Source: Longimicrobiales bacterium
GTDB taxonomy: Bacteria; Gemmatimonadota; Gemmatimonadetes; Longimicrobiales; Gaopeijiaceae
Assembly (NCBI GenBank): GCA_965218295.1
Contig: CBDCKN010000006.1
Location: forward strand, 1-64,000
Direction: 5' to 3'
DNA length: 64,000 nucleotides
The notes beneath the pieces were generated by a model. The model worked only from the letters and a program-made list of their open reading frames with translations, was not told the origin of the DNA and ran no database searches. Of the stretch, positions 53,866 to 62,268 are shown in pieces. Position 1 is the stretch's first letter. Each line of letters starts with the position of its first letter. The translations under genes and the position numbers were made by a program.

Positions 53866-54780
53866 ATGTCCGCTGAGATCATATCGGGCGAGGAGATAGC
53901 CGCGTCCATCAGAGCGGAGCTCAAGGAGCGCGTGGCGGAGCTGAAGGTGTCGGGGCTCACGCCCGGGTTGGCCGTAGTGCTGGTCGGCGACGATCCGGCC
54001 AGTCACGTGTACGTCGGCATGAAGAACAAGGCCGCCATAGAGGTGGGTATCTACTCGCGTCAGATCACTCTTCCGGTGGGGGTCACCGAAGACGAGCTAC
54101 TGGGGACTGTGGCCGGGCTGAACGCCGACCCCGACATCCATGGAATCCTGGTGCAGCTTCCGCTGCCCCACCAGATCGACGAAGCCAAGATCCTCTTGGC
54201 CATCGATCCGGAGAAGGACGTGGACGGGTTCCATCCCGTGAACGTCGGCCGGCTGGCCACTGGTGATCTGGATGTGCTCACGCCGTGCACCCCCGGGGGC
54301 GTGATAGAAATGCTCATGCGCAGCGGCAATGATCCGGCGGGTAAACACGCGGTAGTCGTGGGACGGTCGAACATCGTCGGGCGTCCCATGGCGTCGCTCC
54401 TCCTGCGGAAGGCCTCCGGAGGGAATGCCACAGTGACGGTAGCTCACAGCCGCACCGCCGACCTGGGCGCCGTCACTCGGGAAGCCGATATCCTCATCGC
54501 GGCGATCGGGCTTCCCGAATTCATTCGGGGTGACATGGTGAAGCCGGGGGCCGTGGTCATCGACGTGGGCGTCAACCGGGTCGACGACGACACCCGAGAG
54601 CGTGGGTACCGCTTTACCGGTGACGTAGCGTTCGACGAGGTGAAGGAGGTGGCGTCGGCCATCAGCCCTGTCCCCGGGGGTGTGGGGCCGATGACGATCG
54701 CGATGCTGCTCTCCAACACGGTGGACGCTGCGGCTCGATCGACGAGCGCCGGCCTCTCGAGGGCTTCGACGGCCTCCTAG
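53866..54780 (+). CDS. folD: Methylenetetrahydrofolate dehydrogenase/cyclohydrolase
   Basis: GILVQLPLP, KDVDGFHP, PCTP, PVPGGVGPMT. Confidence 0.97.
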   Translation: MSAEIISGEEIAASIRAELKERVAELKVSGLTPGLAVVLVGDDPASHVYVGMKNKAAIEVGIYSRQITLPVGVTEDELLGTVAGLNADPDIHGILVQLPLPHQIDEAKILLAIDPEKDVDGFHPVNVGRLATGDLDVLTPCTPGGVIEMLMRSGNDPAGKHAVVVGRSNIVGRPMASLLLRKASGGNATVTVAHSRTADLGAVTREADILIAAIGLPEFIRGDMVKPGAVVIDVGVNRVDDDTRERGYRFTGDVAFDEVKEVASAISPVPGGVGPMTIAMLLSNTVDAAARSTSAGLSRASTAS

Positions 54781-54871
54781 TGTTCCGTTGCCGAAGTTCG
54801 CGAGCCACCAAGAGGGTTGGGGCGGATGCACCGTGCCCTCGACTGGCCGAGACACTTTGGTAACGGGACAC
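54780..54871. mobile_element. MITE type 1, internally deleted copy at the folD stop codon
   Basis: TA-flanked; both TIRs intact. Confidence 0.87.
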
Positions 54872-54889
54872 TAAGGGGACCGTGATCAC

Positions 54890-56110
54890 ATGACGAGCCC
54901 GCGCGTCTGGAGCGTCACTCGGGTCAACCGGGCAGTACGCCTCCTACTCGAGGACACCATCGAGAGCCTCTGGGTCTCCGGCGAGGTGGCCAATTGGACC
55001 CGGGCTCGGTCCGGACACTGCTACTTCACCCTGAAGGACGATCGGGCGCAGCTTCGCTGCGCCATGTTCCGGACGGAAGCGGCCACCCTCCCCACCGACC
55101 CCGAGCAGGGCATGAATGTCCGGGCCTTCGGTGGCTTGTCGCTGTACGAGGCCAAGGGCGAGTATCAGCTCATCGTACGTAGTCTCGAGGCCGAAGGTGA
55201 GGAGGGCCTTTGGCGCCTTGCCTTCGAGCGTGTTCGGGCGAAGCTCGATGTCGAAGGGCTCCTGGCTTCCGAACGTAAGCGGCCGCTGCCGCGCTTCCCG
55301 AGGGCCGTGGGTGTCGTGACGTCTCTGAGCGGGGCGGCCCTCCACGACATCGTCACCGTCATTCGGCGTCGTGCTCCCTGGACCCGGGTCGTCGTCCGGG
55401 AGACACGCGTCCAGGGCGAGGGTGCGGGTGCGGAGGTTGCCAGGGCCATCGAGGCCCTAGGGAGAAGCGGGCTCGTGGACGTGCTGATCGTCGGTCGAGG
55501 GGGCGGCTCCCTGGAGGACCTCTGGGCCTTCAACGAGGAGGAGGTGGCCCGGGCCATCGCCCACTGTCCGGTGCCTGTGATCTCGGCGGTGGGTCACGAG
55601 ATCGACGTCACGGTGGCGGACCTGGTGGCGGACCACCGCGCGCCCACCCCGTCGGCTGGAGCGGAGGCCGCGGTCCAGGACGGAGAGGGGTTAGGCGAGG
55701 TTCTTGCATCGACCAGAGAGCGTATGAGTCGAGCCCTGCGTGGGACGGCCCTCAGGCGCCGTGAGACGCTGGTCCTCCGGCTGGGTCAGCTGCGACGCTC
55801 GGCGTCAGCTCTGGCCCGGCCTCGCAGGGAGGCCCTCGGCCGGGCTGGTGATCGGATGGAGACGGCAGTACGGAAGTTGGTCTCGCTCAAGGGGGCACGT
55901 CTGTCGGAGGCAGCCGGCAAGATGGATGTCCTGTCGCCCTTGGCCACGTTGGGTCGGGGATATGCGCTGCCTCAGGACGATGCCGGCCGGGTCCTGCGTA
56001 CTGCCGCCGAGCTGAAGCCCGGTTTGCGTTTCTCGCTTCGGGTTTCGGACGGGTCGGTGCCCTGTGAGGCGCTGGGGCGAGACGGGGCAGGTGCTGGATC
56101 ATCGCAGTGA
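54890..56110 (+). CDS. xseA: Exodeoxyribonuclease VII large subunit
   Basis: SGHCYFTLKD, GRGGGSLEDLWAFN, SAVGHEID, APTPS. Confidence 0.97.
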   Translation: MTSPRVWSVTRVNRAVRLLLEDTIESLWVSGEVANWTRARSGHCYFTLKDDRAQLRCAMFRTEAATLPTDPEQGMNVRAFGGLSLYEAKGEYQLIVRSLEAEGEEGLWRLAFERVRAKLDVEGLLASERKRPLPRFPRAVGVVTSLSGAALHDIVTVIRRRAPWTRVVVRETRVQGEGAGAEVARAIEALGRSGLVDVLIVGRGGGSLEDLWAFNEEEVARAIAHCPVPVISAVGHEIDVTVADLVADHRAPTPSAGAEAAVQDGEGLGEVLASTRERMSRALRGTALRRRETLVLRLGQLRRSASALARPRREALGRAGDRMETAVRKLVSLKGARLSEAAGKMDVLSPLATLGRGYALPQDDAGRVLRTAAELKPGLRFSLRVSDGSVPCEALGRDGAGAGSSQ

Positions 56111-56156
56111 TCGGATCGGTAGAAACGGATAGGCCCGCAGCAAGGAGACATCCATC

Positions 56157-56421
56157 GTGACGCCGGCAGACCATTTGCCCGACCAAACCACGGATGCCGC
56201 TCCCTCCTTGGAGGAGCGTCTGCGACGCCTCGAGGAGATCGTGCGGTCCCTGGAGGCAGACGACCTGGAGCTGGAAGGAGCCCTGGCCCTCTTCGAAGAA
56301 GGCGTGGAGCACGTGCGGAGCGCCGAGGACATCCTCAGAAACGCCGAGCTCAAGGTCGACGAGCTTTTGGGTCCCCCCCGAGGAACAGGTCACACGGCTC
56401 CTGGAGGACGAGTCGGAGTGA
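56157..56421 (+). CDS. xseB: Exodeoxyribonuclease VII small subunit (a C7 run fuses it in frame to ispA as given)
   Basis: LEERLRRLEEIVRSLE...LALFEEG; natural-looking end EEQVTRLLEDESE* lies in the shifted frame. Confidence 0.88.
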
Positions 56422-57329
56422 CGGACGACTCGTCCCTCGACCTCGAGGCGTTCCTCCTCCGGGAGAGGGAAGAGGTGGAGAAGGCCCTCGAGCGCTCACT
56501 GCGGTACTTCTCGGGCTATCTCCCCACGAGCCTCGCCGAGCCTGTTCGGCACGCTGTGATGACGGGGGGAAAGCGCCTCAGACCCATTCTATGCACGGTG
56601 GCCTACAGCACGTGCGGAGGGAACGGGGGGCCGATGGCTCATGACCTCGGCGTCTCACTCGAGCTCATTCACGCCTACTCGCTCATGCATGACGACCTCC
56701 CGTGCGTTGACGACGCTGAGCTGCGGAGGGGCCGGCCCACGTCCCACAGGCTCTACGGAGTGGAGGCGACGGTTCGGGCCGGGCTAGCTCTCATCCCGGC
56801 CGCGTCGCTTCAAGCGCTTCGGGCCGCCCGGGCCCTGGGATGTGACGAGGACACGGCCAAAGCCGTCGTTCGGGAGCTCAACCGTGCGGCGGGAGGCGGT
56901 GGCATGGTGGGGGGTCAGTACCTGGATCTTCTGGCGGAAGGGCGTGCCCTGGAATCGGCCGAGCTGGACGACCTTCACCGGATGAAGACTGGAGCGCTCT
57001 TGACGGCCTCACTCGTGATCGGAGGGCTGGCAGCGGGTGCGCCCGAACCGACACTCGTCGGACTCCGGGGCTACGGGCGGGCCGTTGGGCTCGCGTTCCA
57101 GGTCACCGACGACATCCTGGACGAGACCTCTTCCGCCGCCGACCTGGGGAAGAATCCGAGTGACGGGCTGCTCGACAAGAGCACCTACGTTTCCCTCCAC
57201 GGTATCGAGGAAGCTCTCCGACGGGCTCGGGCTCTCGCCGAAGAGGCCCTCGAGGCCCTTCGTGCGGCAGCGATCGAGGCTCCCGAGCTCGCCGCCCTCG
57301 CCCGCTACGTCGTGGAACGGAAGCGGTAG
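56418..57329 (+). CDS. ispA: Polyprenyl (farnesyl/geranylgeranyl) diphosphate synthase
   Basis: GGKRLRP, HDDLPCVD, RRGRP, KTGAL, FQVTDDILD. Confidence 0.93.
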   Translation: MTDDSSLDLEAFLLREREEVEKALERSLRYFSGYLPTSLAEPVRHAVMTGGKRLRPILCTVAYSTCGGNGGPMAHDLGVSLELIHAYSLMHDDLPCVDDAELRRGRPTSHRLYGVEATVRAGLALIPAASLQALRAARALGCDEDTAKAVVRELNRAAGGGGMVGGQYLDLLAEGRALESAELDDLHRMKTGALLTASLVIGGLAAGAPEPTLVGLRGYGRAVGLAFQVTDDILDETSSAADLGKNPSDGLLDKSTYVSLHGIEEALRRARALAEEALEALRAAAIEAPELAALARYVVERKR

Positions 57330-57368
57330 TGCGGTGTTGTGGGAGAGCAACCTTCAGGAGCTGAATCC

Positions 57369-59285
57369 GTGACCCTTCTCGACCGAATTCAGGACCCAGG
57401 GGATATCCGTCGGCTGGCGAGAGACCAGCTGCACGAACTGGTCACCGAGGCCCGAGATCGGCATATCGACGTGATCTCGAAGATCGGGGGTCACTTCGGC
57501 GGGAGCCTCGGCGTCGCCGAGCTCACCGTCGCCCTCCACTACGCCTTCGATACCCCTCGCGACAAGCTGGTCTGGGACACCGGCCATCAGGGCTATATCC
57601 ACAAGATCCTGACCGGCAGGAACGAGCAGTTGCCGACCATCCGGCAGAGGGACGGATTGGCGCCCTTCCTCCGCCGCGACGAGTCGGAGTACGACCACTT
57701 CGGCGCGGGACACGCCGCCACCTCGATCTCGGCGGCCCTTGGCACGGCCATCGCGCGGGATCTGAACGGGGACGACTTCAGCGTGGTCGCCGTCATCGGC
57801 GATGGGGCCATGGGATGCGGCCTGGCGTACGAGGCACTCAACAACGCCGGACACACGGATCGCGATCTCATCGTCGTTCTCAACGACAACAATCACTCCA
57901 TCGCTCCCAACGTGGGGGCGATGAACAAGTACCTCACGGGCGTGATCACGCATCCGGTCTACAACCGGATCCGCGACGAGGTGAAGGAGCTGCTCTCCAA
58001 GGGACCCGGCGGTGCCGAGGGTGTTCTGAGGCGGGTCGCCGGTCGGGCGGAGGGGAGCGTGAAGGGGTTCTTCCTACCGGGCATGCTCTTCGAGGAGCTG
58101 GGCTTCCGCTACATCGGGCCCGTGGACGGCCACGACCTCGACTCCCTCGTCGACACCCTCTCCACAGTGCGTCGTCTCGACGGTCCGATTCTCGTCCACG
58201 TCATCACCCAAAAGGGGAAGGGATTCGCGCTCGCCGAGGAGAACGCGTACAAGTGGCACGCGGCTTCACCATTCGACAAGATCTCCGGCGAGGCCAAGAA
58301 GAAGGGCAGCGGACTTCCGCGCTACCAGAAAGTCTTCGGTCGAGGCCTCAAGGAGCTCGGCGAAGTCGATGAGCGGATCGTGGCCATTACGGCCGGGATG
58401 CCGGACGGCACCAGCACCGACATCTTCGGGGAGGCGTTCCCGGATCGGTACTTCGACGTCGGAATTGCCGAGGCCCACGGCGTCACCTCGGCAGCAGGGA
58501 TGGCCACGCAGAAGGGGATCCGCCCCGTCGTGTGCATTTACTCGACCTTCCTGCAGCGGGCGTTAGACAGCATCATCCACGACGTCGCGCTTCAGGATCT
58601 GCCAGTGGTGTTCTGCATGGACCGTGCAGGGATCGCGGGACCCGATGGCCCGACTCATCACGGGGCCTTCGACATCCCATACATGATGCTGACCCCCGGC
58701 ATGACGGTGACGGCCCCGAAGGACGGGGCGGAGATGCTGGCCCTCGTGCGTCTCGGGATCGAGCACGAGGATGGGCCGTTCTCCGTGCGTTGGCCGAGAG
58801 ATGCCGTACCGGCGGAGGTGCCGCATGTCAGCGAGATCCCGGCGGTGGATTACGGCACGTGGGAGGTGTTGCGCCGTGGGTTAGACATCGCCTTCCTCGC
58901 CACGGGTACCATGGTCCTCGAAGCTCTCGAAGCGGCCCAGACTCTGGCCGCCCGGGGAATCCAGGCCACGGTGGTGAATTGCCGTTTCCTGAAGCCCCAC
59001 GATAGGGAGGTCCTCCAGGAGGTCGTAGAGGGACACCGAAAGGTGCTGACCATGGAGGAGGGAGCTGTCCTCAACGGCTTCGGGGCGTGTATGACCCGCG
59101 AGATCCACAATCTGGACTCGGGACACGATGTGCAGGTGCGATGCCTCGGGCTTCCGGATCGGTTCGTCGAGCACGGGGCGCGCGACGCACTGCTCCGCGA
59201 CGTGGGGCTCGACGTCGAAGGGATCGTCACTGAGGCGAGGCGTATGCTCGGCGACACCGTTTCATCCGCGGCGGAGACTGCGTGA
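57369..59285 (+). CDS. dxs: 1-deoxy-D-xylulose-5-phosphate synthase
   Basis: WDTGHQ, GDGA...NDN, DVGIAE, YSTFLQR, DGPTHHG. Confidence 0.98.
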   Translation: MTLLDRIQDPGDIRRLARDQLHELVTEARDRHIDVISKIGGHFGGSLGVAELTVALHYAFDTPRDKLVWDTGHQGYIHKILTGRNEQLPTIRQRDGLAPFLRRDESEYDHFGAGHAATSISAALGTAIARDLNGDDFSVVAVIGDGAMGCGLAYEALNNAGHTDRDLIVVLNDNNHSIAPNVGAMNKYLTGVITHPVYNRIRDEVKELLSKGPGGAEGVLRRVAGRAEGSVKGFFLPGMLFEELGFRYIGPVDGHDLDSLVDTLSTVRRLDGPILVHVITQKGKGFALAEENAYKWHAASPFDKISGEAKKKGSGLPRYQKVFGRGLKELGEVDERIVAITAGMPDGTSTDIFGEAFPDRYFDVGIAEAHGVTSAAGMATQKGIRPVVCIYSTFLQRALDSIIHDVALQDLPVVFCMDRAGIAGPDGPTHHGAFDIPYMMLTPGMTVTAPKDGAEMLALVRLGIEHEDGPFSVRWPRDAVPAEVPHVSEIPAVDYGTWEVLRRGLDIAFLATGTMVLEALEAAQTLAARGIQATVVNCRFLKPHDREVLQEVVEGHRKVLTMEEGAVLNGFGACMTREIHNLDSGHDVQVRCLGLPDRFVEHGARDALLRDVGLDVEGIVTEARRMLGDTVSSAAETA

Positions 59286-60196
59286 CGGACGAGGTCTCCC
59301 GGGCCGATCCCGGGAACGAGCTCCGGCGCATCGGCGTACTCGGGCGCTTTGCACATGAGGACCTGCCGAGCTGTGTTCAGCGTCTCGCCCGGTTCGCGGA
59401 CGATCACGACCTCAGCCTCTGCTTCGAGGAGCACCTCCTCGCCGACGCGCCCGAGGGGGCCAAACGGTTGGATCTCGACGACGAGTCGGTCGATTTCCTC
59501 ATCGCCTTCGGGGGGGACGGTACGCTCCTGAGGGCGGGGCGCATGGCCGCGGGGCGGGAGATCCCCGTTCTGGGAATCAACGTTGGCCATCTCGGCTTCC
59601 TCACGGGGCTTCCTCATCCCGAGATGGAGGACCGTTTGGGCCGTGTCCTCGAGGGCGACTACGTCCTGGACCGGCGGTTCATGGTGGAGGCGCGGGTGAT
59701 CGACACCGACGGGTCGGAGGGCGATCTCCTGCTGGCATGGAATGACTTCGTGATCTACAAGCGTGGGGTTGCCCGGATCACCCGCTTGGACCTGCGCGTG
59801 AAGGAGGGAGAGGACTGGCAGGAGGTGGGCAGCTTTTCCGGGGATGGGCTCATCGTCTCGACGCCCACCGGATCCACGGCTTACTCCCTGTCAGCAGGTG
59901 GTCCCATCGTGGTGCCGTCGGTGGACTGCCTCATCGTCACCCCGGTCTGTCCACACACCCTGGCGGTGCGTCCCCTGGTCATTCCCGGAAGCCAGGTCCT
60001 GGCGGTGAGCCCTCTCGAGGGCACCGACGACTTGGTTCTGACGGCCGACGGGCAGCTGGCCCACGACTTCGGCGTGGGCGCCGAGGTCCGCATCACTCGC
60101 TCCGACGTTGAGATCCCCATGGTCCGCTTCTCGGACCAGAACTTCTTCGGGACCCTGCAGCGCAAGCTCAACTGGGCCGCCCGGCCGCCGGGCTGA
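59282..60196 (+). CDS. nadK: NAD kinase
   Basis: GGDGT, GHLGFL, DGLIVSTPTGSTAYSLSAGG. Confidence 0.96.
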   Translation: MTDEVSRADPGNELRRIGVLGRFAHEDLPSCVQRLARFADDHDLSLCFEEHLLADAPEGAKRLDLDDESVDFLIAFGGDGTLLRAGRMAAGREIPVLGINVGHLGFLTGLPHPEMEDRLGRVLEGDYVLDRRFMVEARVIDTDGSEGDLLLAWNDFVIYKRGVARITRLDLRVKEGEDWQEVGSFSGDGLIVSTPTGSTAYSLSAGGPIVVPSVDCLIVTPVCPHTLAVRPLVIPGSQVLAVSPLEGTDDLVLTADGQLAHDFGVGAEVRITRSDVEIPMVRFSDQNFFGTLQRKLNWAARPPG

Positions 60197-60307
60197 CGGG
60201 CGGTGCCAGCGTCGGCGCAACCGCACCTTTCCCTCTGAGGCGGCTCCCGGCTCCGCGACCCCAACTCCCATTGAGGAGGCTCATGGGGCCCTGGTAGATT
60301 TCCCTCC

Positions 60308-61969
60308 ATGCTGATCGAGCTCCGCGTCCGGGACTATGCCGTCATCGACGACCTCTCCCTTGAGCTGGGCCCCGGCCTGAGCGTTCTCTCGGGCGAGACC
60401 GGGGCAGGCAAGTCCATCATCGTCGGTGCGCTCTCGCTCCTGCTGGGTGAGCGGGCGTCGAGCGACTCCGTGCGGGTCGGGGCGGAGCGGGCCCGGGTCG
60501 AGGCCGTCTTCGACGTATCGGAGCGGCCCGAGCTTCTCGGCCTCCTGACCGAGCTCGGCCAGGAGGCCGAGGACGGTCTGCTGATCCTGCGGAGGGAGGT
60601 CGCGGCCGAGGGGAGGAATCGAGCCTGGATGAACGGCTCCCCCACCACGGCACGGGTCGTGGGTGAGCTCGGCAGGGCCCTGGTCGATCTCCACGGCCAA
60701 CACGAGCACCAAACCCTTCTGAGGCGGGAGGCGCAGCGGAGCATCCTGGACGCCTTCGGTGACGCCGAAGGTGACGCGGCCGACGTGGTCGAAGCATTTG
60801 AAACGCTCACCGGCCTCGAGACGCGGCTCTCGGAGCTTCGAGAACGACGCCGTGAGCTGGAAGGCCGGGCGGACTTCCTCCGATTCCAGCTTGCGGAGAT
60901 CGAGGAAGGCCGGGTGGAGGTCGGAGAGGACGCGGCCCTGGAGGCCGAAGGGCGTCGCCTCGAGCACTCCGAGGAGCTGCTCCGGGAGGCGACCTCGATC
61001 CACGCCGAGCTCTACGGCGGTGACGGGGCCGTCACCGATCGTCTCTCGCAGTTGCTCGGCTCACTGTCACGTCTGAAGGAGTGGGACCCGTCGCTTGAGG
61101 GCGCCCACGACGCCCTCAAGGAGGCGTATTACGCCCTGGCCGATGTGGGCCGTGAGCTGGGGGATTACGCCGGGAGCGTCCGGCATGACCCCGGCCGGCT
61201 CGAGGAGGTGCGAGAGCGCATTGACTTGATTCTCCGCCTCAAGCGCAAGTACGGTCCGGAGCTCACCGACGTCGTGGAGACCGGCGGTCGCCTGAGCGCC
61301 GAGCTGGACGAGCTAGAGGGTTCGGGCTGGGACGAAGAGGCGCTGCAACGGGACGTCGATGAGGCTCGCACCGAACTGACCGATGCCGCCGAAAGGCTGA
61401 CGGGCAAACGGCAGGAGGCCGCACGTCGACTCGAGACGGAGGTGGAGGCGCTCCTGCCTGACCTGGGTCTTCCCGGAGCCACGTTCCAGGTGCTTCTCGA
61501 GGCTTTGCCCACTGTGGGAAACCGCGGGGCCGAGCGGGTAGAGTTTCTGGTGTCGGTCAACGCTGGCTTTGCTCCCATGCCCCTCGGCCGGGTGGCCAGC
61601 GGCGGGGAGCTCTCCAGGGTCATGCTGGCCCTCAAAGCCATCCTGGCCCGAGTCGATCAGGTTCCCACCCTGATCTTCGACGAGATCGACGCAGGGATCG
61701 GCGGTCAGGTGGCCACCCTCGTGGCGGCTAGGCTCCAGGAGGTCGCCCGTTACCATCAGGTATTCGTCATCACTCACCTGCCTCAACTGGCGTCCCGAGC
61801 TCGCAGCCACCTTCTCGTCGAAAAGACAGAGGGAGACGGCCTCGCGGCCACCAGCGTCGATGAGCTGGAGGGAGAGGCGCGGGTCCGGGAGATCGCCAGG
61901 ATGCTCGGAGGCGATCCCGAGTCGGAGACGTCGCGGGACCATGCGCGCGAGCTGTTGGAGTCCCTCTAG
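60308..61969 (+). CDS. recN: DNA repair protein RecN
   Basis: GETGAGKS, HGQHEHQ, ASGGELSR, FDEIDAG, ITHLPQ. Confidence 0.97.
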   Translation: MLIELRVRDYAVIDDLSLELGPGLSVLSGETGAGKSIIVGALSLLLGERASSDSVRVGAERARVEAVFDVSERPELLGLLTELGQEAEDGLLILRREVAAEGRNRAWMNGSPTTARVVGELGRALVDLHGQHEHQTLLRREAQRSILDAFGDAEGDAADVVEAFETLTGLETRLSELRERRRELEGRADFLRFQLAEIEEGRVEVGEDAALEAEGRRLEHSEELLREATSIHAELYGGDGAVTDRLSQLLGSLSRLKEWDPSLEGAHDALKEAYYALADVGRELGDYAGSVRHDPGRLEEVRERIDLILRLKRKYGPELTDVVETGGRLSAELDELEGSGWDEEALQRDVDEARTELTDAAERLTGKRQEAARRLETEVEALLPDLGLPGATFQVLLEALPTVGNRGAERVEFLVSVNAGFAPMPLGRVASGGELSRVMLALKAILARVDQVPTLIFDEIDAGIGGQVATLVAARLQEVARYHQVFVITHLPQLASRARSHLLVEKTEGDGLAATSVDELEGEARVREIARMLGGDPESETSRDHARELLESL

Positions 61970-62268
61970 TGTGGTGTCCCAGAAGTGTCTCGGCCATTGA
62001 TCTCGCTGCGCTCGATCGTCTCGCGGTCAACTCGGTGCTCACGACGAGCATGAAGGTCGCTCGGCTCGAGCACCGATGCATCCGGCCCCGACCCACGCGC
62101 ATACAGCGCGCGGGTACCCCCGTTCCTCCTCCTCGGACCACGGCCTTCGGCCGCGGTGCCCGCGTTGCTATTCCTCGTCGTCGCGCCTGACCCACGCCTC
62201 CGGCGCGGGTACCCCGGATCCGGCGCCTCGGCACTCTCGGTGGCTCGCGAACTTCTGGGACACCACAC
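61969..62268. mobile_element. MITE type 2 (300 bp) with three nested hairpin modules
   Basis: CTAG at both junctions; perfect 18-bp TIR. Confidence 0.92.
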
